Shown: positions 27,575 to 37,400 of the stretch, piece by piece
How the letters are laid out: the number at the start of each line of letters is the position of its first letter
Position numbering within the stretch: position 1 is the stretch's first letter
Assembly (NCBI GenBank): GCA_964590345.1
Contig: CAZPVP010000003.1
Coordinates: 3,634-67,633 of the forward strand
DNA: 64,000 nucleotides
Direction of reading: 5' to 3'
Source of the DNA: an uncultured Gammaproteobacteria bacterium
GTDB taxonomy: Bacteria > Patescibacteriota > Patescibacteriia > CAIXNZ01
Notes under the pieces: model-generated
The model's input: only the letters and a program-made list of their open reading frames with translations
Told to the model about the DNA's origin: nothing
Databases searched by the model: none
Program-made: the position numbers and the translations under genes

Positions 27575-28615
27575 ATGCCTATGAAAAAAAGATTAAAGCT
27601 TTTTTCAACTGCGGGGATAATTTTATTGGTTGTTTCTTTCGCATTAGTCGCATTAAATTCAGCATTGGCAACAGGTATGAGCAATGTTTCTGTTACGCAG
27701 ACAACTTATGCTGCAAGCACTGCAGTAGCAACTACCACCATTGTTTTTGATCCAGAAACCGAGGTCAATTCCAATGATGGTATTTTAATTACTTTTGAAT
27801 CTGATTATGACATTTCCAGTGTGGTTGATGATGATGTCGCAGTCTCACAGACTAATAGTGGTGTAGATATTACAAAAGGAACAGCAGCTGTGAGTGGTCA
27901 GGATTTGCAAATTCCGATTACTACAGAAGGTGATACTCCCGCGGGACAAATTACTGTGACTATTTCAAATAGTCATATTACTAACCCGACTTCCAGTGGC
28001 ACTTATACTGTCACTATCAAAACTTATGATTTAGGTGATGACAATGCTTTTGGCGGTGCTGATGCTAATGCTGATACTTTGGAAGATACTGGTGCAGCAG
28101 CTGTAATTATTGGCACAAATCAAGTGACAATTTCAGGTACAGTTGATCCGAGCTTAAGTTTGTCTTTGTCAGGTACAAGTTGTGCTTTGGGGACATTAAG
28201 TTCTGCAAACATTCAAACTTGCCAGTATGATTCAACAGTTAGTACAAATGCCAGTTCAGGTTATACAGCCTATATTAAAGAAGATGGCAATTTAAGGAAT
28301 GCAAGTAATGATATCGATGATGTGGCTGATAGTACTACTGATGCTGGTTCAGAAGAATACGGCCTAAGTACAAGTGAATCTGATACAGTTGATATAACAG
28401 CGACCAATTCTTCTGCGACTTGTACTACAAATGATGACGGTACAACACCTACAAATGCCCAGGCATTAACTACTAGTGACCAATCATTTGCAACACAATC
28501 TGCGCCTGTGGATTCTGATGTGGTAACTTTATGCCATTCAGCTTCAATTTCCGGCACAACACCGGCTGGCGCTTATTCTCATACAGTGACAGTTACTGTT
28601 GTTGGTAACTTTTAA
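27575..28615 (+). CDS. secreted two-domain protein: shared N-terminal domain plus SCPU/CsuA/B-like C-terminal module
   Basis: Signal peptide. C-terminus VDPSLSLSLSGTSCALGTL..TCQYDSTVSTNASSGYTAYIKEDGNLRN...TPAGAYSHTVTVTVVGNF. Confidence 0.6.
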   Translation: MPMKKRLKLFSTAGIILLVVSFALVALNSALATGMSNVSVTQTTYAASTAVATTTIVFDPETEVNSNDGILITFESDYDISSVVDDDVAVSQTNSGVDITKGTAAVSGQDLQIPITTEGDTPAGQITVTISNSHITNPTSSGTYTVTIKTYDLGDDNAFGGADANADTLEDTGAAAVIIGTNQVTISGTVDPSLSLSLSGTSCALGTLSSANIQTCQYDSTVSTNASSGYTAYIKEDGNLRNASNDIDDVADSTTDAGSEEYGLSTSESDTVDITATNSSATCTTNDDGTTPTNAQALTTSDQSFATQSAPVDSDVVTLCHSASISGTTPAGAYSHTVTVTVVGNF

Positions 28616-28657
28616 TTAAAATAAATATAAATTTAAAAATTAAGAAAGGGGAAAAAT

Positions 28658-29641
28658 ATGAAAACAAAAAAAATATTTGTACTCTTTACAGCTTTACTGC
28701 TAGGCGCATTATTATTGCCTTTAGCTGGTAATGCTGTAACAGTATCGCCTCCAATTATTGAATTAGACGCAGCAAAAGGCGATGTGATTAATCAGTCCTT
28801 AAAAGTGAGGAATGAATCCAATACTTCTGTCACTTATTACCTTACTGCCGAGAGATTTGTGGCTGGTGGCGAAGCTGGAGCGCCTGAATTTGTTGGAGAA
28901 GATATTGGTTTGTCAACCTGGATAAAGTTTCCTTATGAGAATATAAGCATCCCGGCCGGTGAGACAATAGAAGTCCCTTTTAGCATTGTAGTGCCGAATT
29001 ATGCTGCTCCAGGTGGTCATTATGCAGCAATATTTTTAAGCACAACGCCACCAGAAGCTCAAACCGGTGGTTCACAGGTGGCAATTGCCAGCAGAATCGG
29101 AACTTTAGTTTTAGTAAGAATTCAAGGGGAAATAAAGGAAAGCGCTAATTTGGCTGAGTTTAATACAGCGGCTGATAATTACGCTTCATTGCCAGTTGAT
29201 TTTAATGTCAGAGTTGAAAATACAGGCAATGTTCATTTAAAGCCAAGAGGTACGGTTTTAATCAAAAATATGTTTGGTTCAGTAGCAGGTTCTGTAGCAG
29301 TTAATGAAATAGGCGGCAATGTTTTGCCGGAACAAATTAGAAAATTTGAAGCCTCTTGGGTTAAAAATCCAAATGAAGTCGGTGCAACTTCATTTTGGGG
29401 GAAATACAGACAGCAGAAAGAAAATTATGCTTTTGGTCGCTATAAAGCTGAATTAACTTTAAATTATGGCACAGCAGGTAAAATTTTGACAGCAACTACT
29501 AGTTTTTGGGTAATTCCTTGGCATATTATATTTGTAAATTTAGTAATACTTGTAATTATTGTTATTATCCTATATTACTTGATTAAGCGATATAATGCTT
29601 GGTTGATTGAAAAATATGCAAAAGGCAAGAAAAAGAAATAA
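28658..29641 (+). CDS. PapD-like/DUF916-like beta-sandwich protein with a C-terminal TM anchor, a candidate membrane-tethered pilus chaperone
   Basis: Signal peptide. N-terminal strand pattern AVTVSPPIIELDAAKGDVINQSLKVRNESNTSVTYYL resembles the periplasmic-chaperone N-domain pattern. C-terminal TM IIFVNLVILVIIVIILYYLIKR plus a basic tail. Confidence 0.4.
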   Translation: MKTKKIFVLFTALLLGALLLPLAGNAVTVSPPIIELDAAKGDVINQSLKVRNESNTSVTYYLTAERFVAGGEAGAPEFVGEDIGLSTWIKFPYENISIPAGETIEVPFSIVVPNYAAPGGHYAAIFLSTTPPEAQTGGSQVAIASRIGTLVLVRIQGEIKESANLAEFNTAADNYASLPVDFNVRVENTGNVHLKPRGTVLIKNMFGSVAGSVAVNEIGGNVLPEQIRKFEASWVKNPNEVGATSFWGKYRQQKENYAFGRYKAELTLNYGTAGKILTATTSFWVIPWHIIFVNLVILVIIVIILYYLIKRYNAWLIEKYAKGKKKK

Positions 29642-29687
29642 TAAGGCAATAAACTTATTTAATGTTTTAATTTAAACACAGGACTTT

Positions 29688-29725
29688 TAAAAAAGGGGCT
29701 TTTTACTTGATAAAAAGCCCCTTTG
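29688..29725 (+). terminator. hairpin AAAAGGGGCTTTTTacttgatAAAAAGCCCCTTT (possible attenuating terminator inside the operon)
   Basis: Read directly. It overlaps the annotated 5' end of the next track ORF, so that gene probably starts at 29737. Confidence 0.45.
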
Positions 29726-29736
29726 GCGTATTAAAG

Positions 29737-30138
29737 ATGACAAAGTCAATAATTAAAGGGAAAGAAAGATTATTAATAGTAATAATTTTAATTATTGCTC
29801 TTAATTTTATTTTATTATCTATTGGTTATGGTCAAACAAACGTCAATATACGGGCTTATGTTCCTGAGACAGAAGAAAATAAGAGATTTTCCAATAATCA
29901 AATTAAACAAGAAAAACCGACTACTAAGGAAAATAAATACCAGTATTTTTTTGAAAAATTTTGGCTGACCCAAACTGATAAAGAAACTAATGCAATAGAG
30001 CAAGAAGAAGTGCAGACAATCCACGACAAGATAGTTAGCCATTTTTTTATGTGGTTAATTTTGTTTGTTATTGCCATAATCAGCTTTTTTGTCTTGCGAA
30101 TAATTGATCATTATATAATAAGCATTTTTCGGTCATGA
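29737..30138 (+). CDS. small membrane protein with two TM helices, translationally coupled (ATGA overlap) to the next pilin-like gene
   Basis: Hydrophobic segments LLIVIILIIALNFILL and FFMWLILFVIAIISFFVL. Confidence 0.45.
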   Translation: MTKSIIKGKERLLIVIILIIALNFILLSIGYGQTNVNIRAYVPETEENKRFSNNQIKQEKPTTKENKYQYFFEKFWLTQTDKETNAIEQEEVQTIHDKIVSHFFMWLILFVIAIISFFVLRIIDHYIISIFRS

Positions 30139-31169
30139 AAAAAGCGTTATCATATTTAATTATTATTTTATTGCTGGCAATTTTAGTTTATTTTTTGATT
30201 CATACTGTCAGAGCCGGCTTGGTAAGTAATTTTAGTGATGAATTAAGCAGTCAGGTTATTGCTTCAGCAGCTAATCACACAATTTTATTTACAACAGCTT
30301 CTAATTTTGGGCCAGATGAAACGATAGAATTGTTCTTTGAATCAGATTTTGATTTGAGCTTAATTGATTATACTGATATTGATTTTAAAGATGATGATGT
30401 TGATTTAAATTTAGGTGACAGCCCAGGAACTGGTAGTGGCAGTAATATTGGAGTTAGTGTTAGTGGACAGACAATAATTTTTACTCAGAATGATGCTGAT
30501 ACTGTTTTGGCTGGTTCAGAGATTACGATTGCTATTGGCTTAAATACTGATTATCAAACTCAAGGCGATCAGCAAATTTATAATCCAAGTATTGCTGATA
30601 CTTATAAAATAAGTTTGTCAGGCTCTTTTGGGGACATGGGCACAATTTCAGTGGTTATTTTGGAAAGCGATTCAGTTTCTTTACAGGCAGAAGTTAATCC
30701 AGAATTAAGCTTTGCCATTAGAAATAGCGATGATACTGATTATGCTAATAATTGTAACTTGGGTACAATTACTGATTTTGCTGTTAGCCATTGTTCATAT
30801 CGTTTAGCGGCTGAAACCAATGCTTATAATGGTTTTCAGGTTTATATTCAGGCTGATGGCAATTTCCGTAATCAATCTGGTTTTATATCTAATATTAGCG
30901 AAAACAGCCAGGTAGAGCAAGGGGAAGAAGGTTATGGTCTTGCTGTTGCTGCTGGTGATAATATTATTGAAGAAGGGGATTTTAATGATGATGATACGCC
31001 GATTCCAACAGAAGATACACTTTTAATTAAGTCAAATTCAGTGTATAATTATATAGAAGGGGATTTGTCCACTTCTTCATTAATAACCCACAAAGCTTGT
31101 GTTTCATCAACAACAAAAGCAGGGGTTTATAGTCAGCAAATAACTTATTCAATTTTGGCTAATTATTAA
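30135..31169 (+). CDS. secreted two-domain protein: shared N-terminal domain plus a divergent SCPU/CsuA/B-like C-terminal module
   Basis: N-terminus FFESDFDLSLIDYTDID. C-terminus NPELSFAIRN..NCNLGTI..HCSYRLAAETNAYNGFQVYIQADGNFRN...TKAGVYSQQITYSILANY. Confidence 0.55.
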   Translation: MKKALSYLIIILLLAILVYFLIHTVRAGLVSNFSDELSSQVIASAANHTILFTTASNFGPDETIELFFESDFDLSLIDYTDIDFKDDDVDLNLGDSPGTGSGSNIGVSVSGQTIIFTQNDADTVLAGSEITIAIGLNTDYQTQGDQQIYNPSIADTYKISLSGSFGDMGTISVVILESDSVSLQAEVNPELSFAIRNSDDTDYANNCNLGTITDFAVSHCSYRLAAETNAYNGFQVYIQADGNFRNQSGFISNISENSQVEQGEEGYGLAVAAGDNIIEEGDFNDDDTPIPTEDTLLIKSNSVYNYIEGDLSTSSLITHKACVSSTTKAGVYSQQITYSILANY

Positions 31170-31196
31170 TAATAATTAATAAATATAGAAAATTTT

Positions 31197-32285
31197 ATGA
31201 AAAAACAAAAAATAATATTTGTTTTTACATCAATAATAGTGTTAACTTTGATGTTGGCAATATTATTGAATCCCAGCATTTCTAAAGCTGGAAACTGGCT
31301 TTTTGATCCTGAACCGGCTCCTGCCAGTTCAAGTATTACTTTGTGTATTGGCGCTAAAGCCCCTAATGACGGTTGGAGCGCTGATGATTATCTTGATATG
31401 GTTTTTCCTTCAGAATTTGATTTAACAGGCCTTACGATTAGTGATACCAGCGGCAGTTCAGAAATAGAACTTTATTCAAATGCAAATGACTGTACTGGGA
31501 CAGCCAGAATTGCTGAAGCGACAGCTACAGCTGATAATGATCGTGACTATATGGAAATTTCAGGCCAACAGCATAGAATTATTTTGGAAGATGCAATAGC
31601 AGCAGATACGCCTTTTAGCGTAAAATATGTAGCTAAATCCGGCGATTCAATTGTTACGCCAAGCGCTGGTAAATATTTGCTTAAAGCTGATTGGGGGCCA
31701 AGTAGCACTTTTATTCCTGTTAAAAATGATGCTGATTTTATTTATGTAGGCGATTCAATGCCTGATCAGGTAGAGATATCAGCCAGCGTGGATCCCAGCT
31801 TAACTTTAAGCGTATCTTCAAGTTCATGTAATTTGGGAACATTTTCTGCAACTAATATCCAGACGTGCAATTATTATACTGAAGTAAGCACTAATGCCAG
31901 TTCAGGCTATACAGCTTATATAAAAGACGACGGGGATTTGTCAAGCGGAAGTGATACTATAGCTGATGTGACTGGCGGATCAGTTTCTTACGGCACGGCT
32001 GCTTATGGTATTTCTACGACAGAAGATGAAAGCGTTGATATTTTACAGATCCAGGATGCTGATTCTGATCTAGATTATGACGGAGATGATTGTAGCACTT
32101 TAGATGATGGTACTACATCAGCAAATGCTTCGGCTGTAACAACCAGTGATCAGTCATTTGCCACTTCAACTGGAGCTATTAGTGCTGATAGTATTTATTT
32201 GTGCCATGCCGCAGCTATATCAGGCTCAACACCTGCCGGCGCTTATTCAAACACAATAACCATTACGGCAGTCGGTAATTTTTAA
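31197..32285 (+). CDS. secreted two-domain protein: shared N-terminal domain plus SCPU/CsuA/B-like C-terminal module
   Basis: C-terminus VDPSLTLSVSSSSCNLGTF..TCNYYTEVSTNASSGYTAYIKDDGDL...TPAGAYSNTITITAVGNF. Confidence 0.6.
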   Translation: MKKQKIIFVFTSIIVLTLMLAILLNPSISKAGNWLFDPEPAPASSSITLCIGAKAPNDGWSADDYLDMVFPSEFDLTGLTISDTSGSSEIELYSNANDCTGTARIAEATATADNDRDYMEISGQQHRIILEDAIAADTPFSVKYVAKSGDSIVTPSAGKYLLKADWGPSSTFIPVKNDADFIYVGDSMPDQVEISASVDPSLTLSVSSSSCNLGTFSATNIQTCNYYTEVSTNASSGYTAYIKDDGDLSSGSDTIADVTGGSVSYGTAAYGISTTEDESVDILQIQDADSDLDYDGDDCSTLDDGTTSANASAVTTSDQSFATSTGAISADSIYLCHAAAISGSTPAGAYSNTITITAVGNF

Positions 32286-32377
32286 TTAAGTTATATAATA
32301 TAGAGAAAGAGATATAAACTGTAAATACGAAAAAAAAATAATTTTTGGTAATATTTTTTGTATTTGTTTTTAATTGA

Positions 32378-34423
32378 TTGGTAATTTTAATATTCAATTT
32401 AATGAAGATATATTCTTTTAAAAAATTTTTTTATAAAAAAATAATTTTTAGTATTGTTGTCCTTTTTTTTATTTTTGCTTTTGCTGGTACAGTTTATGCT
32501 TTTTGGGGGCATATGGATACAAAAGATACTGGCTATGAGATTTTACACAATAATAGTGTTGATGAGCTGAAAATTAAGGTTGAAATTTATGATGACAAGC
32601 CCAAGTTGGTTTGGCAGACTGATCTGGGAGCGCAGTATTGGGGCGATATTTATTATACTCAATGGTCAGGTACTGAGTGGACAAAGGCTGACGGCACGTC
32701 CGGCTATGATAATTTGACGGTTTCATCCGGAGGAAATCATGACGAGCCATATATTGAGCTTGATTCAGCTGGTAATCCGAAAATTATATTTAGAGATAAA
32801 AACTTGGGGAAAATTATTTATACACAATGGTCGCCAAATGCTTGCGGCGGAAGCGGCTGCTGGACAAAGGCGGACGGCACAACTTCATCGCCAAGCTATG
32901 ATACTATTGGCGTTTCTGATGCTGTTTTGGATTTTGCTCTGGATAGCAATGATAACCCCCATATTATTTGGCGTTATAATGACGGAGGAGGAATGGATGT
33001 CTATTATACCAAATGGAATGGTTCCAACTGGACTTATGCTGACGGCACAACTCTTGGTGAAGAAAAGATTGATTTGAATGGCGGAGCGATTATTTGCCAT
33101 ATTGAAATTTATAATGACAAGCCGATAATTATTACTGATGACAGTATTACTGGCAATTCTGAAATTCAATATATACAATGGTCAGGTTCAGCTTGGACAA
33201 ATGCTGATGGGATAACGGTTGGTTGGGAGAATATATCTAATACTGCCACTAATTCAGCCAGATCAAGATTTAAAATTGACAGCTTGGGCAATATAAAAGT
33301 GGTTTGGACAGAGGAAACCGCTAGTGATAATGAAATTTATTACACGCAATGGACAGTGAGTCATAATGACTGGACCAAAGCAGACGGGATAACCTCAGGC
33401 TGGGAAAATGTTTCTGATAATTCCGGTGATTCAAGTATTTACGGTATAAATACAATTATGCTTGATAATAATGATAATCCGGGATTGGTTTGGTTGGATG
33501 ACACAAGCGGCAATAGCAATCTCTATTATTCGCAATACGTTTCAGGTACAGGCTGGACAAAAGCGGATGGTTCAACATTAGGCTGTGATAATGTTTCAGA
33601 TAGTTCGGGGGATAAGAAACTTGTTAGGATGGCTTTTGATTCTACTAATAATCCTAATATTGTTTGGGGTGATGATTTTAGCGGTAATTATGAGGTATAT
33701 TTTAGTCAATATGTAGATTCGGTCGGCTGGACAGAAGCTGACAAAACAACAGTAGGTAAGGAAAATATATCAAATACTTCAGGTACATCTTCGGTTCAGA
33801 GTATATTATTAAATTCAATTAATGAGCCCCATGTCTTTTGGTATGATGATACGGATGGCGATGATGATGTTTATTTTTCACGCTGGACAGAAACCAATAT
33901 TGGACAGGTAAATATAACCGCTGATGTTGAGCCTTCATTGAGTTTGACTTTACCAGGTGGTCAGACAGCTAATTTAGGATATTTTTCCTCCCAAAGTTTG
34001 CAAACGGCTGTTTATCAAAGTGTTATTAGCACAAACGGTTCTTTGGGCTATACTGCTTATATTAAAGATGACGGCGATTTGAGAAATGAAACCAATTCCG
34101 TTAGCGATACCAGCGGTACAATCAGTTATGGCGATGAATCTTATGGTGTTGTGACAACAGAAGGAGATACAGTTGATATAACTAAAATTATTGATACAAA
34201 TAACGATGAACAATATAATTCAACAGACTGCACTTTATTGGATGGTGAGGCGACCTCACTTAGCGCAACAGCGCTGACCAGTGGTTTGCAGTCATTTGCC
34301 AAATCAAATGGTCCTGTCAGCGATGACAATGTCTATTTATGTTTTATAGTGGCAATCTCTGGCTCAACCCCTGCCGGTGCTTATTCAAGCACTGCAACAA
34401 TTACTGTGGTTGGTAATTTTTAA
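32378..34423 (+). CDS. secreted protein with eight WSGSxWT-type repeats plus an SCPU/CsuA/B-like C-terminal module (first Cys pair lost), paralogue of the 21082 gene
   Basis: Repeats IYYTQWSGTEWTKADGTSGYDN..., one with a CGGSGCWT insertion. C-terminus VEPSLSLTLPGG..GYTAYIKDDGDLRN...TPAGAYSSTATITVVGNF. Confidence 0.6.
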   Translation: MVILIFNLMKIYSFKKFFYKKIIFSIVVLFFIFAFAGTVYAFWGHMDTKDTGYEILHNNSVDELKIKVEIYDDKPKLVWQTDLGAQYWGDIYYTQWSGTEWTKADGTSGYDNLTVSSGGNHDEPYIELDSAGNPKIIFRDKNLGKIIYTQWSPNACGGSGCWTKADGTTSSPSYDTIGVSDAVLDFALDSNDNPHIIWRYNDGGGMDVYYTKWNGSNWTYADGTTLGEEKIDLNGGAIICHIEIYNDKPIIITDDSITGNSEIQYIQWSGSAWTNADGITVGWENISNTATNSARSRFKIDSLGNIKVVWTEETASDNEIYYTQWTVSHNDWTKADGITSGWENVSDNSGDSSIYGINTIMLDNNDNPGLVWLDDTSGNSNLYYSQYVSGTGWTKADGSTLGCDNVSDSSGDKKLVRMAFDSTNNPNIVWGDDFSGNYEVYFSQYVDSVGWTEADKTTVGKENISNTSGTSSVQSILLNSINEPHVFWYDDTDGDDDVYFSRWTETNIGQVNITADVEPSLSLTLPGGQTANLGYFSSQSLQTAVYQSVISTNGSLGYTAYIKDDGDLRNETNSVSDTSGTISYGDESYGVVTTEGDTVDITKIIDTNNDEQYNSTDCTLLDGEATSLSATALTSGLQSFAKSNGPVSDDNVYLCFIVAISGSTPAGAYSSTATITVVGNF

Positions 34424-34429
34424 TAAGTT

Positions 34430-37400
34430 ATGTTTTTTAAATTTAAAAAATTAAAAAAATTAATAAAGTTTTATTATTCAAAGCTTGGCAAGCCGCTGAA
34501 GATTTTTTTAGTGGCTTTAGTAATTGGTATTCAATTGGCTTTATTGATTAGTTATTGCTATTCAATTTATAAAAACAAGATATTTGCCGGTGAGGGGATT
34601 AGGGATACTTTAACTTACCAAGGTAAAATTACTAATGCTGATGGCGTGCCGCCGCCTGATGGTCAGTATAATATGCGTTTTAAAATTTATGACCAGGCCA
34701 CTAACGGTACATTGTTGTGGACAGAAATTTGGGATAGCACAAATCAGGGAGTAGCTGGTAGCAAAGTAACTGTGACCGAAGGCGTTTTTAATGTTGAATT
34801 AAATTCCTTATGCGGCAATTGGGTAGGTGACTGCGCTTCAAATGGCGGCGTTACTTTTGCCCAAGACAGCTTTTATTTACAAGTTGAATTGGATTATGAC
34901 GGCAATGGCACTTATGAGGAAATTTTTACTCCCAGAAAAAGATTTACTGCCACGCCTTATTCAATGAATACTGATAAGCTTGATGGTTATGATTCAGGTG
35001 ATTTTGTTTTAAAATCAGGCAGTGAAATGACTGGTTCGCTGACTGCGCCTCAATTTATTGACAGTTCGCTTTTGGCTTATTATCAGTTTAATGGTGATGC
35101 TGATGATAGCAGTGCTAATACTTTAGACGGGATATTACAAAATAGCGCTGATGTGAGCAATGATGTTTTAGAACTGGACGGTGTAGACCAGTATGTTTCC
35201 GTTAGTGACGATGATTTGTTAAGTTTTGGCAATGGCACGGTTGATTCGGCTTTTACTGTTTCGGGCTGGATTAAGATGACTGACGCGACTAATTTTAATA
35301 TTATTTCCAAAGGTATATATAATACTGATGGCGAATATTTATTTTATATTGATAATACTGATAAAATTAGGATCCGTCTTAATGATGAAAGCGTGACGGA
35401 TTGCTACATCGGCCGTTTGTATGACACGGCTTTAACTGATTATGAAGGCAGCTGGATTAATTTGGCGGCAACTTATGACGGCAGTGGCGCGTCTTCAGGC
35501 TTGAAAATCTATTTAAACGGTAACCAAGTTGATAATGCTAATAATGAAAGCAATTATAGTTCTTATGTGGCTATGGAAAATTTGACTAGTAATTTATATA
35601 TAGGCAAATATGCCAGCACTTACAGTAAAGGCAAAATTGATGATTTAAAATTATATAATCGTGAATTAAGCGCCGATGAAATTAAAAGGCTGTTTGAAAG
35701 TGAAGCAAGGAGTCAGCTACACTCTAATAAAATTACAACTAAAGATGTTTATTTTGAAAAAAACGAAGAAGGTGAAACAGAAGGCGGTTATTTAACTTGG
35801 GATAATATTAATAATCGCTTCAAATTTAGCTCCGAGTTATATTCGCCAAATAGCCTGCCTTATTTTAATAACAGTATTGGCGATCGTGATTATGCTTATT
35901 TGGCTGATGATAATAAAGTTTTAGCTTATGATTTTCATGAGTCAGTTGGCGCAACCGTGTCAGATTTGGAAGGTAATTCTAACGGCACATTAAACGGTGA
36001 TGCTGACTGGACGAATCTTGGCTATATAGGCTATGGCTTAAAATTTGATGATGATTCTGATTATATTTCTTTTGCCGATCCCGGCTTATCTTCAACTCAA
36101 GGAACAGTAGAAATGTGGGTTAAATTAAATGATGTAACAACCTCTGATACAAATTATTTATTAAGAATGTGGTCAGGAGCTTCCAATGAAATTGCTATAT
36201 ATAAGCAAAATGCCGCTGATTTATATGTGGAAGCAGGGGATAGCAGCGCTATTGATACGGGCTGGGATTTCCCTGATACCAGCTGGCATCACATTGTTTT
36301 GAGCTGGGATTCAACAGCTATTGACGTTTATGTTGACAGTGTTGATTTGAGTTTAACCGATACTTATACAAGTCTAGACGTTAGTTTGTTCTCCAATTTT
36401 TATTTGGGTTCTGATTCAGCAGCCAGTACAGCCTTAAATGGCATTATGGACAGCGTGGCGCTTTATGACGATGTTTTGACTGCGACTGAAATAGCCAATC
36501 ATTATAATGCCGCTTTTAACAATCTTTATCTTATTAATAATTTAAACGACGGCAATATCAGCGCAACTTTGGCAGATTTTTACAGCTTTTCAGCTACGGT
36601 TAACGGACGGCGGGAGAAAAAAGATCCTGTTTATTATAATGACGATACCCGGACTTTGGCCCTTGGTTTTTCAGAAGGTTATGGCTCAAGCACCGCCAGT
36701 CAAGTTAATTCATTGAGTGCCGGTATTAATGGTGCCAGCTGGACTAGGCAGGGTTATTATGGTTATGGCCTGGAGTTTGACGGCAGTGATGATTATTTGT
36801 TAGTAGAAGATAATGATTATATTGATATTGACACTGAAGATTTTTCAATTGAGTTTTGGGTTAAAGGCGATGATAACATTAGCCAATCTGGCAACAGAAT
36901 TTTGGAAAAAGTTAGCGGTTCAACCGGATTTAGAGTTTATTATACTACTGATGACAGAATAACTTTTGCTATTGGCGATGGCACTAATTCGGTTGCTGGC
37001 TCGCCAAGCTCAGGTGGAGACATGTCAAAGGGCCAATGGGAGCATATGATTTTGACTTTTGACAGAGATGGTGATGCTACGATTTATAATGATGGCAATG
37101 AAGTTTACTCTGTAGATATTTCAAGCGTTACTGGCAGTTTGAGCAATGACTCTGATTTATATATTGGCAAAGATGCCAGCGGTAATTTATTTAAAGGAAA
37201 ATTAGACAGCATTATTATTTATAAAAATCAATTGTTAAATTCTTTTGACGGTTACAGTCGATCAACTAATAGTCAGGAATTTTTTATTAATAATACGAGA
37301 ACAGCCTCAACTGGCCAAGCTGCACTTGGAGGTATAAATCAAAGTTCTGGGGGCTGGGGCGGTGTTTTTTATATTGCTAATACTGATAATACAAGCGGTT